Shown here: positions 53,468-64,000 of the stretch, piece by piece
Position numbering within the stretch: position 1 is the first letter of the stretch
Layout of the letters: every line of letters starts with the position of its first letter
Source of the DNA: the human T2T-CHM13v2.0 reference genome, Homo sapiens
Length of the DNA stretch: 64,000 bases
Assembly (NCBI RefSeq): GCF_009914755.1
Contig: NC_060926.1
Direction: 5' to 3' (one strand)
Translations under genes and position numbers: made by a program
Notes under the pieces: generated by a model
The model's database searches: none
What the model saw: the letters and a program-made list of their open reading frames with translations, nothing else
Told to the model about the DNA's origin: nothing

Positions 53468-53678
53468 GGAGCACCAGCAAACCCTACAGGGAGTCCCAAC
53501 TTGGGAGAGAGGGGAGCACCAGGAAATCCTACAGGGAGTCCCAACTGAGGAGAGAGGGAGCACCAGCAAATCCTACAGGGAGTCCCAACTGAGGAGAGAG
53601 AGAGCACCAGCAAACCCTACAGAGTCCCAACTGAGGAGAGAGGGAGCACCAGCAAACCCTACAGAGTCCCAACTAAGG
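53468..53678. repeat. Minisatellite, 42-45 bp unit, 5 copies
   Basis: GGGAGCACCAGCAAACCCTACAG(GG)AGTCCCAACTGAGGAGAGA. Confidence 0.92.
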
Positions 53679-53706
53679 TGCGAAGGATGGAAAGAAAGGG
53701 AGTCCA

Positions 53707-55191
<1,485 letters not shown>

Positions 55192-56174
55192 TCAAAAGGA
55201 AAATAAAAAACAAAGGCTAGGTCCCTTCCCTGGCTTCTGACTCAAGCCTGCAGCCAGGCCTTCTAGGGGGCCCCTCCCACCCCTGGAGGCTTCCCCTGGA
55301 GGAGCGGGTGCCCTCTCCTCTCTCCTCTCAGGCATCAGATAGGATTCAAGCTGAGATAACCCAGGAAAACAACAGACTCCTTCTCTCCTCTCAATAGCTT
55401 TCCCATTCACCATCAAGACATCACTCAGTTAAAATGTACATTTCCCCACCCTGATGATACAGGATTTTATACTACATATTTGTTGTCTGCTTTTTTTCCC
55501 ACTTCTCAAAGAAATCTTTCTATGTAATATCTCATTTTTAAACAGCTGCATGGCGTTGCATCATATGCCTGTTTCGTAATTGATCAAATGAGATTCTACA
55601 GAGCTTACCTTAGTGCCCATGGTACTGCTCAAAGAATCCTGGCTACGATATTAGTTAGACCCATTTACAGGGAGTGGGGAACCTAGCTCCATCTGGCTTA
55701 GACAATAGGGGAACTTAATGGTTTATGTAACTGTAAAGTCTAAAGATAACACAGGCTTTGGGGAGAGCTTAATCTGACATGCTCTTTTCTTTCCCACTGC
55801 CCCCCTTTGCCTTCCGTGGTATCAGCTTCCCTCCCCTTTGGTTGTAAGATGGCAGAGCCTGGCACAGAGCCAAAAGCACCCACGGGTACAATGGGACTTT
55901 GTCTACATCCGGAGAGAGTGCCCACAAGCCTGTGAATTTCCCAGCATTCTGAGCAAGAGTCCTATAATTCACTCTAATTGGACCAACTCAGTTGACATCC
56001 CCACCAATGACTGGGCCCCGGGGAACTGGGAATGTGTTGACTGGCTGAGGCCATGTGGGGGCCACCTAGGGGCCACCTGTGAGTCAGATTTGGATTAGCT
56101 TCCCTTGAAGTGAGTAGGCTGTGTGAGAGAAGGCAGAATATCCGAATGAAAATTACATTATTTTAGTAAAGAAG

Positions 56175-57132
<958 letters not shown>

Positions 57133-57189
57133 ACCCCAGAATCAAGGAATGCTGAGAAGGCCATCAACACATGTCTGTTTTCAGTATTG

Positions 57190-58130
<941 letters not shown>

Positions 58131-58325
58131 CAATCTCACTTTTATAAGTAGTATTGCAATGAACATCCTTAAACACATATTTTTGCCAAGGATTCCTTCT
58201 CAGTGCCACTCTCCTCTGATTTCCAGACCCCCTCAATATCCTCCTCAGATTTGCCCTGCACTTCTTGTTCCATGCTTGGGGTCCTAAGAACAAGCCATCT
58301 GATGCCTCTACTATCATTACCTCTA

Positions 58326-58962
58326 TTGGGACCCAGAAACCAATACCCCAAAATATGGTGCATGGACATGCTGAACTGAAGAAGATGCCTCAAGGCAAGT
58401 TCTCTCTGGCCTCCCCACTCGACTCCCCACCCCACTCTCTATCGTTTGTCTCTCTCAAAACACAGGATGAAGTTGTTCTCTGAAGTTCCTTTATCTACCT
58501 AAAGTGTGGACATACCAAAGGGGAAAAAAAAAAAAACAGTTACCTCTGGTCCCATCCTTGAGTTTTCATTAACTGAACTCATATCTCAGGAAGAAAGAAT
58601 AAAGTCTGTCAACACACTAGATGGACTTTTTTTTCCCACAAACCATTGTATCTGCTCTGTGGGCCCAACAGACTTGGTCCCAGGCCACAGTATATTCTTC
58701 AAGCACATTGAATTCCCCTAAAAATCATTTGCTATCCCCCTAAAATCATCCACACTTCCCCATCTTCCTTTCCCCTAAAAAGAAGGTTATATAAGCATCT
58801 GCACCCCATTGGGTTAATGGATAATTATTCTCCTGCAATTCCCCTATGCTATGCATATTAAAATAAATTCATATGCCTTTTCTCCAATTAATCTGCCCTC
58901 TGTGAGTTGATTTTTCAGTGAACTTTCAGAGGGCAAAGGGGAAGTTTTTCCCCTGGCCCTTA
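58326..58962 (+). mobile_element. Solo ERV1 LTR, MER39-like (second copy)
   Basis: Colinear similarity to 14290-14880. Confidence 0.65.
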
Positions 58963-59619
58963 CTTTCCATAGCCTGAGTAAGGAAGACAGAAATGAGTTA
59001 GGAGGCCTTCTCTCTTTTTTTTTTTTTTGAATCGGAGTCTTGCTCTGTTGCCCAGGCTGGAGTGCAGTGGTGCAATCTCAACTCACTGCAACCTCCACCA
59101 GGAAGGCCTTCTAAAATTGGGAAATCCAAGGCTCAGTTCTCACTCCACAATGGCCAACTGTGGCAGTAGAGTACTCAACTAGGGCCAGAAATTCTGGTGA
59201 GATACCTTCCTTGGCCCACTTATGTGTCTTTAAACTAATTATTTGCTCTTTCCTTTAAAGCAGGCACAGCCTTCCAAGAGGTTGTCTTGGCATCAAATAA
59301 ATTACTTTTCCTGTGTCCCACCAATGGGAAAATCATGGAAGTCTCCAGAAATATGACTGTAGTGAATGCTGTAGTGTGCTACCCAGATCAAGGCCCTCAT
59401 TTCCCCAGATGCCAGAGTGCTGGCTGTTTGTAGTTATGCCTGTCTCTGGGCATTGCCCTTGGCTAAAGTAAGCTGCCTCACCCCAAGATCACACCGCTTC
59501 CCCAGAGGCAACATGAATCAATGACAGGACCATGTAGGGGTAAAAAGGCCTGGAAAAAGTCTTCTCAAAATTCATGTCTCATTTTGAGAAGACTCTGAAA
59601 GATCATCCCATGATGTTTT

Positions 59620-60410
59620 TTATGTGTTTCAGTTACCTACCGTCACATAACAAATCACGCCAAAATTTAGTGGCTTAAAACAAAATGATTTGTTATTTTT
59701 CATGATTCTATGGATTGATGGGGCTCAACTGGCTGGGTCTTCTGCTCTAAGCGGTAGAGATGAAGTTACTCATGCAAATGCATTCAGTTGGGAGTTTGGT
59801 GGGAACTACAGCACCCAAGATTAATTGCCTCTCATCCTCTAGAGTCTCTCTCTACATTGCCTTCATTGTTCAGTAGTCTAATATGGGCTGCTTTATGTGT
59901 CACAGCTGAATTCTGAAGAGTGTTTCAAGAGGACAAGCCCCACTGGGGGGCACTTATCAAATCTCTGCTTGCATCATTCTAGCTGATGTCCTGTTGGCCA
60001 CACCCTGAGTTAACACAGAATTATATACCGGAAGGGATAGTTCACTGGGGCTACTAATGTAACAACCTACCATTGTCTGCCCTCTGACTCTTAATAATTC
60101 ATATCTGCTTGCAAAATAGGGTCATCCCTAAAGGCAAAAACAGAACTTCCAAAGTATCTTTCTGTGACAACATTAGGTTCAGGCTTGAAGTCCCTGATTT
60201 CGCCATCAAAGTCAGATCCAGGGGGGACGATGCTATTCAGGTAAGGTTCCCCAAGTGTTGTTCCTAGGAGCAGAGACCTATGAACTAAAAAGACCAGTTA
60301 TCTACTCCTCCAACACCTGAAAAATACTGTAGAGCCAGGAAAACTGCAATACTCTCATTCAAAAAGTTGAGGAGACAGGGAGGCACATAATAATCACCAG
60401 TCCATAGCTA
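59620..60410 (-). mobile_element. Old MLT1 LTR plus internal fragment
   Basis: AAATTTAGTGGCTTAAAACAA...TTTTCATGATTCTATGG motif. Confidence 0.5.
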
Positions 60411-60517
60411 TTTTTAAGAAAAATATTTTTGTGTACTAATGTAATTGCATCACACAAATTTTGGACCTTTATTTTTACTTTTATTCAACTAAACATATTC
60501 CATAATGTCACTTGTGA

Positions 60518-64000
<3,483 letters not shown>

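Overview
Primate (matches human as I recall it) genomic DNA, rich in Alu, LTR and L1 repeats. It contains the testis gene SPATA3 (+ strand; coding exons 33504-33804, 37636-37807, 39954-40059, giving 192 aa; likely 3'UTR exons at 41309-41388 and from 45729), which from recall lies at 2q37.1 between GPR55 and C2orf72. The main finding is a CpG-island exon 6 kb upstream (27594-28383) with an intact ORF resembling C2orf72 (DUF4630 family). It ends in a phase-1 donor. Spliced to SPATA3 exon 3, it reads that exon in a second open frame encoding a hydrophobic tail. The prediction is a hidden ~301-aa tail-anchored protein with an LC8-type RETQT motif, sharing a dual-coding exon with SPATA3, with the 172-nt exon 2 acting as a frame switch. 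Also present: a solo LTR12 with TSD, a ~1 kb 30-mer VNTR, a ~2 kb (CAC/CAT)n tract, an inverted duplication and a direct duplication. Repeat family names and homologies are from recall, not database searches, and most repeat boundaries are approximate.
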